Sequence record: PP226939.1
DNA from: Aeromonas phage phiA014S
Direction: 5' to 3' (one strand)
DNA length: 32,000 bases
Shown here in pieces: positions 23,873 through 32,000 of the stretch (its first letter is position 1; each line of letters starts with the position of its first letter). The position numbers were made by a program, and so were the translations under genes. The notes below the pieces were generated by a model that was not told the DNA's origin, made no database searches, and worked only from the letters and a program-made list of their open reading frames with translations.

Positions 23873-25951
23873 ATGACAATCCTTGTGTCCGACATCGAAA
23901 CCAACGGTCTGTTGGACACGGTGTCTAAATTCCACTGTGCTGTTATCATCGATTATTTCACTGGCGAGAAGAAGCACTACCGCCCGTGGGACTTCGAGCA
24001 GTACATCGCTGACCTTGAGGCGGCTGCCGCTGCTGGCTCACTCATTGCCTTCCATAACGGGATTGGCTATGACCATGAAGCCCTGCGCATCCTCAAGAAG
24101 TCCCTCCTCGGGTCTAACCTGAACCTGCCCAAGAAGTGCATCCTCGACACCCTCGTCATGTCCCGTTTGATTTACTCGAACCTGAAGGACATCGACATGG
24201 GGTTGATGCGCTCCGGTAAGCTCGCTGGTAAGTTTGTGGGTCTCCACACGCTGAAGGCATGGGGTTACCGCTTGGGTATCCTCAAGGGCGAGTACGGTGA
24301 GCAGGAAGACGCTTGGGCTGAGTTCAATGAGCCGATGCTCGAATACTGTGACCAAGACGTGCAGGTGACCGTGGCGCTGCTGCGCAAGCTGTTCGCGTCC
24401 TCATGGTACTACCCTTCCGGTGTAGGCCCTGACATCCCGTTGGAGTTCGGCGAGGCTATGGCCCTTGAGCATGAGGCTCAGTGGCTGATGTCCAAGCAGG
24501 AACGCAACGGCTATGCCTTCGACGTTGAAGGTGCTGAGCGGCTTGAGATGACCCTCCGCGCTGAGCGTGAGGAGATGCGTCTGCAACTGGTGGCCACGTT
24601 CGGTCACTGGTACGCACCCAAGGGTGGCAACGCTCTGTTCAAGCATCCGGTCACAGGCGCTGAGTTCCCGAGCACCAAGTACCCCCGAGTGGTGTACCCG
24701 AAGGCTGGCGCTATGTACAACAAGGATGGTAAGACCAAGGCGAAGACCCTCTACTTTGAGGGCCGCCCGTATACCCCTGTGAAGTACATCGAGTTCAACC
24801 CTGCGTCCCGAGACCACATCATCAAGTGTCTGAAGGACGTGTGTGGCTGGGTTCCGACCAAGAAGACGGACGCTGGGAATGACTCAGTGGACGACGAAAC
24901 GCTCAAGGCGATGGTCGAGCACAACACGTTCGGCGATGAGATGACCGCGAAGATTAAACTCATCCGTGAGTATCTGGTCAACCAGAAGACGCTGGGCATG
25001 TTGGCTGACGGTAAGAACGCTTGGCTGAAGAAGCAGGTCAACGGTTACATCCACGGTCGAGTCAATCCCAATGGGGCTGGCACTGGCCGAGCGACCCACT
25101 CAAGTCCGAACCTTGGTCAAGTACCGGGATGTCATGACAAGAAGGGTGTCGGGGTGGCCTACCGTGGGAAGGAGTGCCGAGAGTTGTTCGGTGCCCACTA
25201 CCACAAAGACCTGACCACTGGCAAGCCTTGGATTCAAGTCGGCGTCGATGCGTCTGGCTTGGAGCTGCGCTGCTTGGGTCACTTCATGGCTCGCTACGAC
25301 GATGGGGCTTACATCGACGTCATCCTCAACGGTGACATCCACACGACCAATCAGCTTGCTGCCGGTCTGCCAACACGTGATAACGCTAAGACCTTTATCT
25401 ATGGCTTCCTCTATGGGGCAGGCAATGAGAAGGTCGGTCAGATTGTCGGTGTGTTCGGTGAGGCAGGCAAGAAGAAGGGCAAGGAGCTGACCGAGAAGTT
25501 CCTTGAGCAGACCCCTGCGATTGCAGCCCTGCGTGAGCAACTGAAGGAAGCCCTTGTGGAATCCGAGAAGTGGCAAGGCGGGACGATGCAGGTTAAGTGG
25601 AAGAGGAAGTGGATTCGTGGCCTTGATGGCCGTCGGATTAACGTCCGGTCTCCGCACTCTGCGTTGAACTTCCTGCTCCAATCTGCCGGTGCCCTCATCT
25701 GCAAAAAGTGGATTGTCGAGTGGGACAAGGGTATGGAAGCCGCAGGCTACAAACACGGCTGGGACGGTGACTACTGCTTTATGGCATGGGTCCACGATGA
25801 GGCCCAGCTTGCGTGTCGCACCGACGAAATCGCTGAAGCTGCCATGCGGATTGCCCAAGAGGCGATGCGTGAGGTCGGCGACCATTGGAACTTCAAGTGC
25901 ATCCTTGACACTGAAGGGAAGAAGGGTAAGAACTGGGCCGAGTGCCACTAA
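23873..25951 (+). CDS. gp5: family A DNA polymerase with 3'-5' exonuclease (T7 gp5-like)
   Basis: 692 aa. Exo I VSDIETNGL, FHNGIGYDHEAL, motif A VDASGLELRCLGHF, motif B RDNAKTFIYGFLYGAG, motif C AWVHDEAQ. Confidence 0.97.
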   Translation: MTILVSDIETNGLLDTVSKFHCAVIIDYFTGEKKHYRPWDFEQYIADLEAAAAAGSLIAFHNGIGYDHEALRILKKSLLGSNLNLPKKCILDTLVMSRLIYSNLKDIDMGLMRSGKLAGKFVGLHTLKAWGYRLGILKGEYGEQEDAWAEFNEPMLEYCDQDVQVTVALLRKLFASSWYYPSGVGPDIPLEFGEAMALEHEAQWLMSKQERNGYAFDVEGAERLEMTLRAEREEMRLQLVATFGHWYAPKGGNALFKHPVTGAEFPSTKYPRVVYPKAGAMYNKDGKTKAKTLYFEGRPYTPVKYIEFNPASRDHIIKCLKDVCGWVPTKKTDAGNDSVDDETLKAMVEHNTFGDEMTAKIKLIREYLVNQKTLGMLADGKNAWLKKQVNGYIHGRVNPNGAGTGRATHSSPNLGQVPGCHDKKGVGVAYRGKECRELFGAHYHKDLTTGKPWIQVGVDASGLELRCLGHFMARYDDGAYIDVILNGDIHTTNQLAAGLPTRDNAKTFIYGFLYGAGNEKVGQIVGVFGEAGKKKGKELTEKFLEQTPAIAALREQLKEALVESEKWQGGTMQVKWKRKWIRGLDGRRINVRSPHSALNFLLQSAGALICKKWIVEWDKGMEAAGYKHGWDGDYCFMAWVHDEAQLACRTDEIAEAAMRIAQEAMREVGDHWNFKCILDTEGKKGKNWAECH

Positions 25952-25961
25952 GGAGAACATA

Positions 25962-26069
25962 ATGTATTTCGAGTTCCATTGGGCAACCTTAGTGTTGACC
26001 CATCTCGCTGCTCTAGCCTTGGGCATGTGTGCTGCTGCACCACGTTCATACGTTGAGCGCGACTGGTAA
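25962..26069 (+). CDS. 35-aa TM peptide
   Basis: ATG 25962 preceded by TAAGGAGA. MYFEFHWATLVLTHLAALALGMCAAAPRSYVERDW. Confidence 0.45.
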   Translation: MYFEFHWATLVLTHLAALALGMCAAAPRSYVERDW

Positions 26070-26074
26070 GTCAT

Positions 26075-26113
26075 ACTCAAGGTCGTATCCGCAAGGGTGC
26101 GGCCTTCATGAAT
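26075..26113 (+). promoter_or_regulatory. RNase III-type processing hairpin
   Basis: ACTCAAGGTCGTATCC-gcaa-GGGTGCGGCCTTCATGAAT: 12-bp stem (three G.U pairs) with a GNRA-like loop. Confidence 0.6.
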
Positions 26114-26114
26114 G

Positions 26115-26137
26115 ATTTAACCCACACAGAAGGATAA
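26115..26137 (+). promoter_or_regulatory. phage RNAP promoter
   Basis: ATTTAACCCACACAGAA|GGATAA, predicted +1 at G26132. Confidence 0.75.
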
Positions 26138-26168
26138 CCCTTCGGATTAACATAGGAGATTTAACACA

Positions 26169-26501
26169 ATGGCAAAGATGACTTTCAAGTTCACCACCTC
26201 GTTCGACGCAACCGTAATCGTTGACATGGAGCTGGCCCGCGAGCAGCTGGCTAACCTGCGTAAGGCTCAGGCTGCCGAAGGCTTCAATAAGCTGCCGGTT
26301 AAGAGCCAAGTGTTCACCAAGCTGGTCCTGCAAGCCGCCGAGCGCTCTGAAGAAGAGGGCATCGCTGAGCTGCTGCGCTACAACATGCGCACTGGCATGA
26401 ACGAGCAACTGGCTGACGACTTCGCTCACGTATCTGACGAGATGACCATCCGTCCGTCCCCTGCTAAGGTGGTCTGCCATGGTCTCGAAGTCAAAGCCTA
26501 A
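26169..26501 (+). CDS. gp5.5: T7 gp5.5-like protein
   Basis: MAKMTFKFTTSFDATVIVD... and a C-terminal ...SPAKVV resemble recalled T7 gp5.5 (MAMTKRFKVSFDVTAKMSSD...SPATVREVF). It follows the DNAP gene as in T7. Confidence 0.55.
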   Translation: MAKMTFKFTTSFDATVIVDMELAREQLANLRKAQAAEGFNKLPVKSQVFTKLVLQAAERSEEEGIAELLRYNMRTGMNEQLADDFAHVSDEMTIRPSPAKVVCHGLEVKA

Positions 26502-26658
26502 AGTCACCCTTTCTGTCGAACCCTCTGGCAACGTCTCAATCCACAAGTGGTGGGACAATGCCGGTCGGTTCATGACGTTCACCCGCGAGGAGGCCATTGA
26601 GGTCTCCCGCCTGTTAAACGAGGAGTTTAAACTAGATGAGCAACACGACCAAGATTGA
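26479..26658 (+). CDS. 59-aa protein, unknown
   Basis: ATG 26479 lies 6 nt after AAGGTGG. MVSKSKPKVTLSVEPSGNVSIHKWWDNAGRFMTFTREEAIEVSRLLNEEFKLDEQHDQD. It overlaps both neighbours by 23 nt. Not in the track (<60 aa). Confidence 0.45.
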   Translation: MVSKSKPKVTLSVEPSGNVSIHKWWDNAGRFMTFTREEAIEVSRLLNEEFKLDEQHDQD

Positions 26659-26890
26659 ACTGAAAGTGTCCCCTAAGAAGCCGCTGTGTACTGGCACTCT
26701 GAAGCTGAACGATGTGTTCCGTGTGCGTGCTTCCGGCAATGTGTACGTGGTTACGCAACCTGCGATTGTAGTCGGCGATAAGGTGGTAGCTCACTGCCTT
26801 GTTGAAGGCACTGTTGCGCCCAGCACTACCTTCGGTTACAACTTCAGCGACATCCTCGTCGCATCCAAAGTGGAGGTGCAATTTGACTAA
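26636..26890 (+). CDS. 84-aa protein, unknown
   Basis: GAGGAG upstream; ORF-track entry; predicted beta-rich. Confidence 0.6.
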   Translation: MSNTTKIELKVSPKKPLCTGTLKLNDVFRVRASGNVYVVTQPAIVVGDKVVAHCLVEGTVAPSTTFGYNFSDILVASKVEVQFD

Positions 26891-27086
26891 TTATCTGGCA
26901 ATGCTGCGGCACATCCGTAAGCACCCGCAATCCTTCCAGTCCAACCACTTCCGTGGCAACGCTGGGCTGTACGCCGAGGCCGCTTCCCGTGGTCACATCA
27001 CTGCGCTGGAGAATGGCGCTAACAAAGGTCGCTGGATGATTTCCGATTCCGGTCTGACCTTCCTGTACGTTCATGGGGGTGCATAA
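26883..27086 (+). CDS. gp5.7: T7 gp5.7-like protein (host RNAP/sigma-S inhibitor family), TTG start
   Basis: (M)TNYLAMLRHIRKHPQSFQSNHFRGNAGLYAEAASRGHITAL matches recalled T7 gp5.7 (MSDYLKVLQAIKSCPKTFQSNYVRNNASLVAEAASRGHISCL). The alignment extends upstream of ATG 26901 to TTG 26883, which lies 6 nt after GGAGG. Confidence 0.7.
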   Translation: MTNYLAMLRHIRKHPQSFQSNHFRGNAGLYAEAASRGHITALENGANKGRWMISDSGLTFLYVHGGA

Positions 27087-27379
27087 TGGGAGACTTCGTG
27101 ATTAACTCTCTGGAGGAGCTCCGTGACTCTGAGGCCCACATCTGCATTCACGACCTGCCGGTAACATTCTCGCTTGTCGAGGAAGGCAGCTGGGAGCAGG
27201 AGCATAAGAGTCAGTACGCTCAGCACATCATCAAACATAACGCAACCGGCCGACACTTCTGCCTGAACCAAGGCCGCTCTGGGTCTTACCACTCGGAGTG
27301 GTACTACAGCGAGACTTGCATCAGTGAAGTCAAGCAGGTAACTGAGACTGTCGTCGTGACTAAGTGGGTGCCTGCATGA
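27086..27379 (+). CDS. 97-aa protein, unknown
   Basis: TAATG overlap start; ORF-track entry. It occupies the T7 gene 5.9 position but is not similar to recalled gp5.9. Confidence 0.6.
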   Translation: MGDFVINSLEELRDSEAHICIHDLPVTFSLVEEGSWEQEHKSQYAQHIIKHNATGRHFCLNQGRSGSYHSEWYYSETCISEVKQVTETVVVTKWVPA

Positions 27380-28242
27380 CCAAGCACGCTTTGATTCTCG
27401 ATGCGGACTACCTTGTGTTCTCCGCTATGTCTGCCGCTGAGCAGGAAATCGACTGGGGTGACGACATCTGGACTCTTGAGTGTGACCACGGTCGCGCTTG
27501 GGACATCCTGTGCCGCTCCATTGAGGCCATCGTTGAGAAGCGGGCTAAGTGGAAAGGCTCTAAGCTGGTCATGTGCTTCACCGATGCGCACAACTGGCGT
27601 AAGGACATCCTGCCGACCTACAAGATGAACCGGAAGGGTAAGCGCAAGCCGACCGGCTACCATGCGTTCGTTGAGCGTGTGATGGCCAACCCTGAGTGGA
27701 ACAGCTTCCTGCGTCCGACCCTTGAGGGTGACGACTGCATGGGCATCCTCGGGACTAACCCGAAGCTCGTTGGCTGCGACTCTGCCACTCTGGTCTCCTG
27801 TGACAAGGACTTCAAGACCATCCCGTGTGAGTTCTACTGGCTAACCACTGGTGAAATCCTGAACATCGACGAGGCAGAAGCCGATTACTGGCACATGTAT
27901 CAGACCCTCATCGGCGATACTACTGACGGTTACGGTGGCATCAAGGGCGTGGGGGAGACCGCTGCGGTGGACTTCTTGGCGAACCCGTACAAGTTCGAGC
28001 AGGTGGAGAAGGTCTTCAAGTCTGGTCCTCGCAAGGGTCAATCCGTCTTCGAGTGGAAGAAGGTTGACAAGGAGGAGTCTGACAGTCTCTGGACCTGCAT
28101 GGTCTCGCTGGCTGAGAAGAACGGCATGACCGAAGATGAGCTGCTGGTGCAGGCCCGAGTGGCCCGTATCTGCCGCATGTCTGACTTCAACCTGCACACC
28201 AAGGAGGTCATTCTGTGGGAACCGAACCGCGATTTTGCGTAA
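27376..28242 (+). CDS. gp6: 5'-3' exonuclease (T7 gp6-like, FEN family)
   Basis: ATG 27376 in an ATGA overlap. LDADYLVFSAMSAAE, FTDAHNWRK, LEGDDCMGIL, SCDKDFKTIP and IGDTTDGYGGIKG match recalled T7 gp6. Confidence 0.92.
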   Translation: MTKHALILDADYLVFSAMSAAEQEIDWGDDIWTLECDHGRAWDILCRSIEAIVEKRAKWKGSKLVMCFTDAHNWRKDILPTYKMNRKGKRKPTGYHAFVERVMANPEWNSFLRPTLEGDDCMGILGTNPKLVGCDSATLVSCDKDFKTIPCEFYWLTTGEILNIDEAEADYWHMYQTLIGDTTDGYGGIKGVGETAAVDFLANPYKFEQVEKVFKSGPRKGQSVFEWKKVDKEESDSLWTCMVSLAEKNGMTEDELLVQARVARICRMSDFNLHTKEVILWEPNRDFA

Positions 28243-28466
28243 ACTGCAAGCACTACCGCAAGCACCTGACCTTCAACTGTCGGCGTGCTGTGCTGGTGAC
28301 CTATGTTACGAGCGAGATTGACGGAAAGACCCGTAAGGTGGAATCTGGTGGTGACAGGGCGTCTGACGAGCGTCAGTACAATGGGCCTAACTACTGTGGC
28401 CCTAATGCCAAGTTCTACGTCGAAGCCCGCACGACTAAGCGTCTCATTGCTTGGTTCAAACAGTAA
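28215..28466 (+). CDS. 83-aa Cys-containing protein, unknown
   Basis: GTG 28215 lies 6 nt after AAGGAGGT. Contains CVNC...C and ...YCGPN. Confidence 0.6.
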   Translation: MGTEPRFCVNCKHYRKHLTFNCRRAVLVTYVTSEIDGKTRKVESGGDRASDERQYNGPNYCGPNAKFYVEARTTKRLIAWFKQ

Positions 28467-28515
28467 GTTTAATCATCGAGTCCTTCTATCAAGGAGGGCT
28501 CTATTGATTGAATTT

Positions 28516-28538
28516 ATTAAACCCACACAGAAGGAAGA
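28516..28538 (+). promoter_or_regulatory. phage RNAP promoter (start of late/structural module)
   Basis: ATTAAACCCACACAGAA|GGAAGA, predicted +1 at G28533. Confidence 0.8.
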
Positions 28539-28617
28539 CACTCCATACCCTAAGGGGGGGTTTAACTCTATGTGTCTACTTAATGTTCAATACACTTTGT
28601 AAGGAGTAATCATAATC

Positions 28618-28890
28618 ATGGATAACAACGCCTATGATGTGCCCCACATTGGTGCCCAGCTTGCTGAGTATCTTAAGGGCGAACTTAGCGCTGACCGGCA
28701 GATTGCCCAAGGTCTGCTCAGTGACCCTGAAGTTAAACGCACTGAGGGTTACCTACTGGGTTTCCTTGCAGGTCTCGGCTATGGCCGTCAGGTAATCGAC
28801 GTGATGCTGGATAATCAACAAGCACTCGCTGAGGAGTCTGATACGATGACTCGCGCTGTTGAGCCGCATTCGTTCCTGCCTGACATCTGA
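28618..28890 (+). CDS. 90-aa protein in the gene 6.5 position, unknown
   Basis: GTAAGGAG upstream; ORF-track entry. Confidence 0.65.
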   Translation: MDNNAYDVPHIGAQLAEYLKGELSADRQIAQGLLSDPEVKRTEGYLLGFLAGLGYGRQVIDVMLDNQQALAEESDTMTRAVEPHSFLPDI

Positions 28891-28905
28891 CAAGGAGGAA
28901 CCACT

Positions 28906-29127
28906 ATGTGTTTCATGAAAGCGCCTAAAATCTCCACTCCCGAGGTCAAGACCCCAGACCCTCTGCCGGAACCGGCTGACGCACCTAAGGTGGAGTCAGT
29001 GGACTTCGGTGGCAGCTCTGCGTCTGACACTCAGACTGCCTCTGGCGTCAAGGGTGAGAAGGCCAAGGGCAAATCGTCCCTGAAAATCTCGAAGGCTCCG
29101 ATGCAAAGCACTGGGGTCAACCGCTAA
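28906..29127 (+). CDS. gp6.7: T7 gp6.7-like virion protein
   Basis: MCFMKAPKISTP...VESVDFGGSSASDT resembles recalled T7 gp6.7 (MCFSPKIKTPK...VSSVEFGGSSDETD). CAAGGAGGA upstream. Confidence 0.7.
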   Translation: MCFMKAPKISTPEVKTPDPLPEPADAPKVESVDFGGSSASDTQTASGVKGEKAKGKSSLKISKAPMQSTGVNR

Positions 29128-29146
29128 TCATTAACAGGAGGCTCAT

Positions 29147-29542
29147 ATGCCTAATTATTTCGTTGAGTACCACAAGCGGTCTGACGGACAAGCTATCGTG
29201 GAGTACGACACTCTGGAGACCTACTGCCAGATTCAAGGTCAGCCCAAGCAGCACGTCGCTGATGTCCTGACTTCATGTCCACGCGTCGAGTATTACGTGA
29301 AGGATGACAGCGGTAAGACCGTTGCAGTATTCTTCCTGATGCGCACCATCGACATGCACCACGGTCCTGTGGCCATGTTCTGCGCCGACTGGGTTCACCC
29401 GATGCACCGACGCAACCGTCAAATCCATAAGCTCCGCATGTGGTATCTGAAGCGCTTCTGTGAGACCTTCGGGACCAAGAAGTATCAACGTTCACGGCAC
29501 CTGAGCCCCACTGTTCAAATCCAAATTACGAAGGAGGTGTAA
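29147..29542 (+). CDS. 131-aa protein in the gene 7 position, unknown
   Basis: ACAGGAGG upstream; ORF-track entry; size as T7 gene 7 (133 aa). Confidence 0.65.
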   Translation: MPNYFVEYHKRSDGQAIVEYDTLETYCQIQGQPKQHVADVLTSCPRVEYYVKDDSGKTVAVFFLMRTIDMHHGPVAMFCADWVHPMHRRNRQIHKLRMWYLKRFCETFGTKKYQRSRHLSPTVQIQITKEV

Positions 29543-29544
29543 CA

Positions 29545-29820
29545 ATGGGCGTGGCTAAGAAACTTGTCAAGCTGACCACTGGTGTTGACCTTGACGCCAA
29601 GAAGAAGGCGCGTGAAGCTGAAGAGGCCGCCAAGGCTGAAGCAGACCGTCAAGCTGCACTGGCTGCCGAACAGGCGAACGTAGCGGCTAACCCGACTGAC
29701 AGCGCCGAGACCGGCCAGTCTGACCCAACCCAGTCCGCATCGACCAAGAAGAAGAAGCTGAAGGAAGGCCGTAAGGGTCTCTCTGTGGCTCGCTCTGGTG
29801 GTGCTGGCATCAACGTGTAA
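29545..29820 (+). CDS. gp7.3: T7 gp7.3-like tail/host-range protein
   Basis: Lys/Ala-rich, and the C-terminus GLSVARSGGAGINV matches recalled T7 gp7.3 (SLSVARSSGGGINI). Confidence 0.75.
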   Translation: MGVAKKLVKLTTGVDLDAKKKAREAEEAAKAEADRQAALAAEQANVAANPTDSAETGQSDPTQSASTKKKKLKEGRKGLSVARSGGAGINV

Positions 29821-29836
29821 TCGGGAGGTCTGACAT

Positions 29837-31432
29837 ATGGCTGAAACCGAACGCACTGGTCTGGCTGCCGATGGCGCTAAGAACACCTACGAGCGACTCA
29901 AGAACGACCGTAACGACTACATCGTGCGGGCCGAGAGCTGCGCTCAGTACACCATCCCGTCTCTGTTCCCTAAGGACTCTGACAATGGTGGCACCAACTA
30001 CACGACTCCGTGGCAATCCATCGGAGCCCGTGGCCTGAACAACCTGTCTGCCAAGCTGATGCTGGCCCTGTTCCCTGTAGGCTCCCCGTTCTTCAAGCTG
30101 AACATCTCCGAGATGGAGGTGAAGCAGCTGAGCGGTGACCCGAGCGCAATCCAAGAGGTGACCAAGGGTCTCTCCATGGTGGAGCGCATCGTGTTGAACT
30201 ACATGGACGCCAACTCGTTCCGCCCTGCGCTGTTCGATGTGGCCCGCCAGTTGGTGGTTGCCGGTAACTGCCTGCTCTACATTCCACGTCAGGACGAGAT
30301 GCCTGAGGGCATGATGGCTGCGCCCAAAGCGTACCGCCTGTCGAGCTACGTGGTCGAGCGTGATGGCTACGACAACATCCTCCAGATTGTGACCCTCGAC
30401 ATGATTGCCCGTGCTGCCCTCCCCGAGGATGTGCTGGCGACCGTTGAGGCTAACGGCGAGGGTGAACCGGCCGAGGAGTTCGAGGTCTATACCCACATCT
30501 ATCGCGACCCCGAGACTGGGACCTTCAAGTCCTACCAAGAGGTTGACGGGCAGGTTGTGGATGGGACCGACGGTGAGTATCCCTACGATGCCCTCCCGTG
30601 GATTCCTGTGCGCTGCATCAAGATTGCTGGCGAGGACTACGGTCGCTCCTTCGTGGAAGAGTACCTCGGTGACCTGAAGTCGCTGGAGAACCTCTACGAG
30701 GCGATGATTAAGATGTCCATGATTGCCGCCAAGGTGTTGTTCCTTGTGAACCCCAACGGTGTGACTCAGGTCCGACGTATCGCTAAGGCGAACACTGGTG
30801 ACTTCGTGGCAGGCCGTAAGCAGGACATTGAAGTGTTCCAGCTGGAGAAGGGTCAGGACTTCAACACTGCCAAGGCAATCGCCGACAGCATCGAGACCCG
30901 CCTGTCCCGTTCCTTCCTGTTGAACAGCTCTGTTCAGCGTGGTGGCGAGCGTGTGACCGCCGAGGAGATTCGCTATGTTGCCGGTGAGCTGGAGGAGACT
31001 CTGGGTGGTGTCTATTCCATCCTGTCCCAAGAGCTTCAGCTGCCGCTGGTTCGCATCCTCCTGAAGAACCTTGAGGCTACCAAGAAGATTCCGAACCTGC
31101 CGAAGGAGGCCATTGAGCCTGCCGTTGCGACTGGTCTGGAAGCTCTGGGCCGAGGTCAGGACCTGAACAAGCTCCAGATGTTCGTCGAGATGATGATTCA
31201 GCTGGCTGGCATTCAGGACGAGGACCTCAACATGGCTGACATGAAACTGCGCGTTGCTAACTCTCTGGGTATCGACTCTGAGGGCCTGTTGCTCACCGAG
31301 GAGCAGAAGCAGCAGAAGATGCAGCAGATGGCCGAACAGCAAGCTATGCAGCAAGGTGGTGCCTCTATGGGCGCAGCCGCTGGCCAGATGGGTGCCGAGA
31401 TGGGCGCTCAGGCTATGCAAGAGCAGATGTAA
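29837..31432 (+). CDS. gp8: portal (head-tail connector) protein, T7 gp8-like
   Basis: 531 aa. MAETERTGLAADGAKNTYERLKNDR, CAQYTIPSLFPKDSDN, RVTAEEIRYVAGELEETLGGVYSILSQELQLPLVR and LLLTEEQKQQKM match recalled T7 gp8. Confidence 0.95.
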   Translation: MAETERTGLAADGAKNTYERLKNDRNDYIVRAESCAQYTIPSLFPKDSDNGGTNYTTPWQSIGARGLNNLSAKLMLALFPVGSPFFKLNISEMEVKQLSGDPSAIQEVTKGLSMVERIVLNYMDANSFRPALFDVARQLVVAGNCLLYIPRQDEMPEGMMAAPKAYRLSSYVVERDGYDNILQIVTLDMIARAALPEDVLATVEANGEGEPAEEFEVYTHIYRDPETGTFKSYQEVDGQVVDGTDGEYPYDALPWIPVRCIKIAGEDYGRSFVEEYLGDLKSLENLYEAMIKMSMIAAKVLFLVNPNGVTQVRRIAKANTGDFVAGRKQDIEVFQLEKGQDFNTAKAIADSIETRLSRSFLLNSSVQRGGERVTAEEIRYVAGELEETLGGVYSILSQELQLPLVRILLKNLEATKKIPNLPKEAIEPAVATGLEALGRGQDLNKLQMFVEMMIQLAGIQDEDLNMADMKLRVANSLGIDSEGLLLTEEQKQQKMQQMAEQQAMQQGGASMGAAAGQMGAEMGAQAMQEQM

Positions 31433-31453
31433 TTAACCCACACAGAAGGGAGA
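31431..31453 (+). promoter_or_regulatory. phage RNAP promoter (phi9 position)
   Basis: AATTAACCCACACAGAA|GGGAGA, full consensus, predicted +1 at G31448. Overlaps the portal stop. The 5' leader GGGAGAGACA (31448-31457) pairs perfectly with TGTCTCTCCC (31502-31511). Confidence 0.85.
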
Positions 31454-31538
31454 GACACCACGTCAACCACAGCGTCCTTTAAACGCCGAGAGTTGGTGCT
31501 CTGTCTCTCCCTCTGTCCAATTTCAAAGGAGAACCTTA

Positions 31539-32000
31539 ATGCCTTATTCCCACTTGACCAACGCCGTGATTTCCGATGCCGACGCTGAGATGATTCAGAA
31601 GCCGGTGACCGTGCGTGATGGTGATGACCTGCTGGAAGTGAACCTGCCGGAAGACGATAAGTCCAACGTTCAAGAAGACGCTGGCACTGAAGACGGTGAG
31701 AAGGTCGAAGTGAAAATCAGCACCGATGGCGACGATGAAGCCGAAGCTGATGGTGACGCAGACTCTGAAGGTGACGACGGTGAAGGCAGCTCTGACGAAG
31801 AGTTGACCCTGCCGGAGTACCAGAGCGCTGACCCGAAGGACCTGACTGAAGCAGCAGCCCTGATGGCTGAAGCCGAAGCTGGTCAAGCTGACCTCGCTGC
31901 CAAGGCGATTGAAGCTGGTCTGTCTCAGGAGTCTCTGGACAAGGCCAAGGCCGAGTACGAGAAGGACGGTAAGTTCTCCGAGGAGTCTTACGCTGAGCTG
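31539..32000 (+). CDS. gp9: capsid assembly (scaffolding) protein, T7 gp9-like (3' end outside window)
   Basis: ATG 31539 preceded by AAAGGAGA; open to the window end. Very acidic N-terminal half. ...SQESLDKAKAEYEKDGKFSEESYAEL resembles recalled T7 gp9 (...SVETIEAIQREYEENEELSAESYAKL). Absent from the ORF track because it has no stop in the window. Confidence 0.75.
   Translation, partial: MPYSHLTNAVISDADAEMIQKPVTVRDGDDLLEVNLPEDDKSNVQEDAGTEDGEKVEVKISTDGDDEAEADGDADSEGDDGEGSSDEELTLPEYQSADPKDLTEAAALMAEAEAGQADLAAKAIEAGLSQESLDKAKAEYEKDGKFSEESYAEL

Noticed and set aside
28303-28602. 99-aa track ORF spanning the end of gene 28215-28466 and the promoter region.
   Set aside because: It overlaps a better ORF in another frame and runs across promoter 28516. 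Only its last 10 codons (the uORF at 28570) have a plausible SD.

Overview
All convincing genes are on the + strand. The window is most of a T7/T3-type (Autographiviridae-like) virulent podophage genome in permuted form. Nt 1-9417 carry late genes in T7 order: gp16-like internal virion protein (5' truncated), tail fibre/tailspike, holin, small and large terminase, and a 19.5-position ORF. Nt 9418-10302 are the non-coding genome-end / concatemer-junction region. It holds a T7-left-end-like terminal repeat, short-repeat arrays, one A1-like host promoter, boxA, and an R0.3-like RNase III site. Next come early genes (T3-type SAM-lyase-like first gene, gp0.6-like, single-subunit RNA polymerase). 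DNA-metabolism genes follow: ligase, Gp2, P-loop dNMP kinase, primase-helicase, SSB, endonuclease I, amidase, DNA polymerase, gp5.5/5.7-like, exonuclease. The window ends at the start of the structural module (gp6.7, gp7.3, portal, scaffold 3' truncated). Fifteen copies of a 23-bp phage promoter occur (14 share the exact core CCCACACAGAAGG; consensus AATTAACCCACACAGAA|GGRASA, 3 substitutions from my recollection of the T3 promoter). Seven copies of a T7-type RNase III hairpin and one intrinsic terminator after the RNAP gene punctuate the map. I see no tRNA, rRNA, CRISPR, integrase or transposase. Homology calls rest on my recollection of T7/T3 protein and DNA sequences, not on searches. Points most worth follow-up: (1) the gene 18-19 interval lacks an Rz/Rz1 spanin pair and instead has a tiny lipoprotein plus two single-TM peptides; (2) the tailspike combines a beta-helix signature with an SGNH esterase; (3) an inverted promoter copy forms a long hairpin in front of the RNAP gene; (4) boxA is tandemly duplicated in the early leader; (5) a non-T7 membrane-anchored module follows the RNAP gene; (6) the primase-helicase block is rearranged relative to T7. 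Long minus-strand ORFs in the track are codon-complement artefacts.
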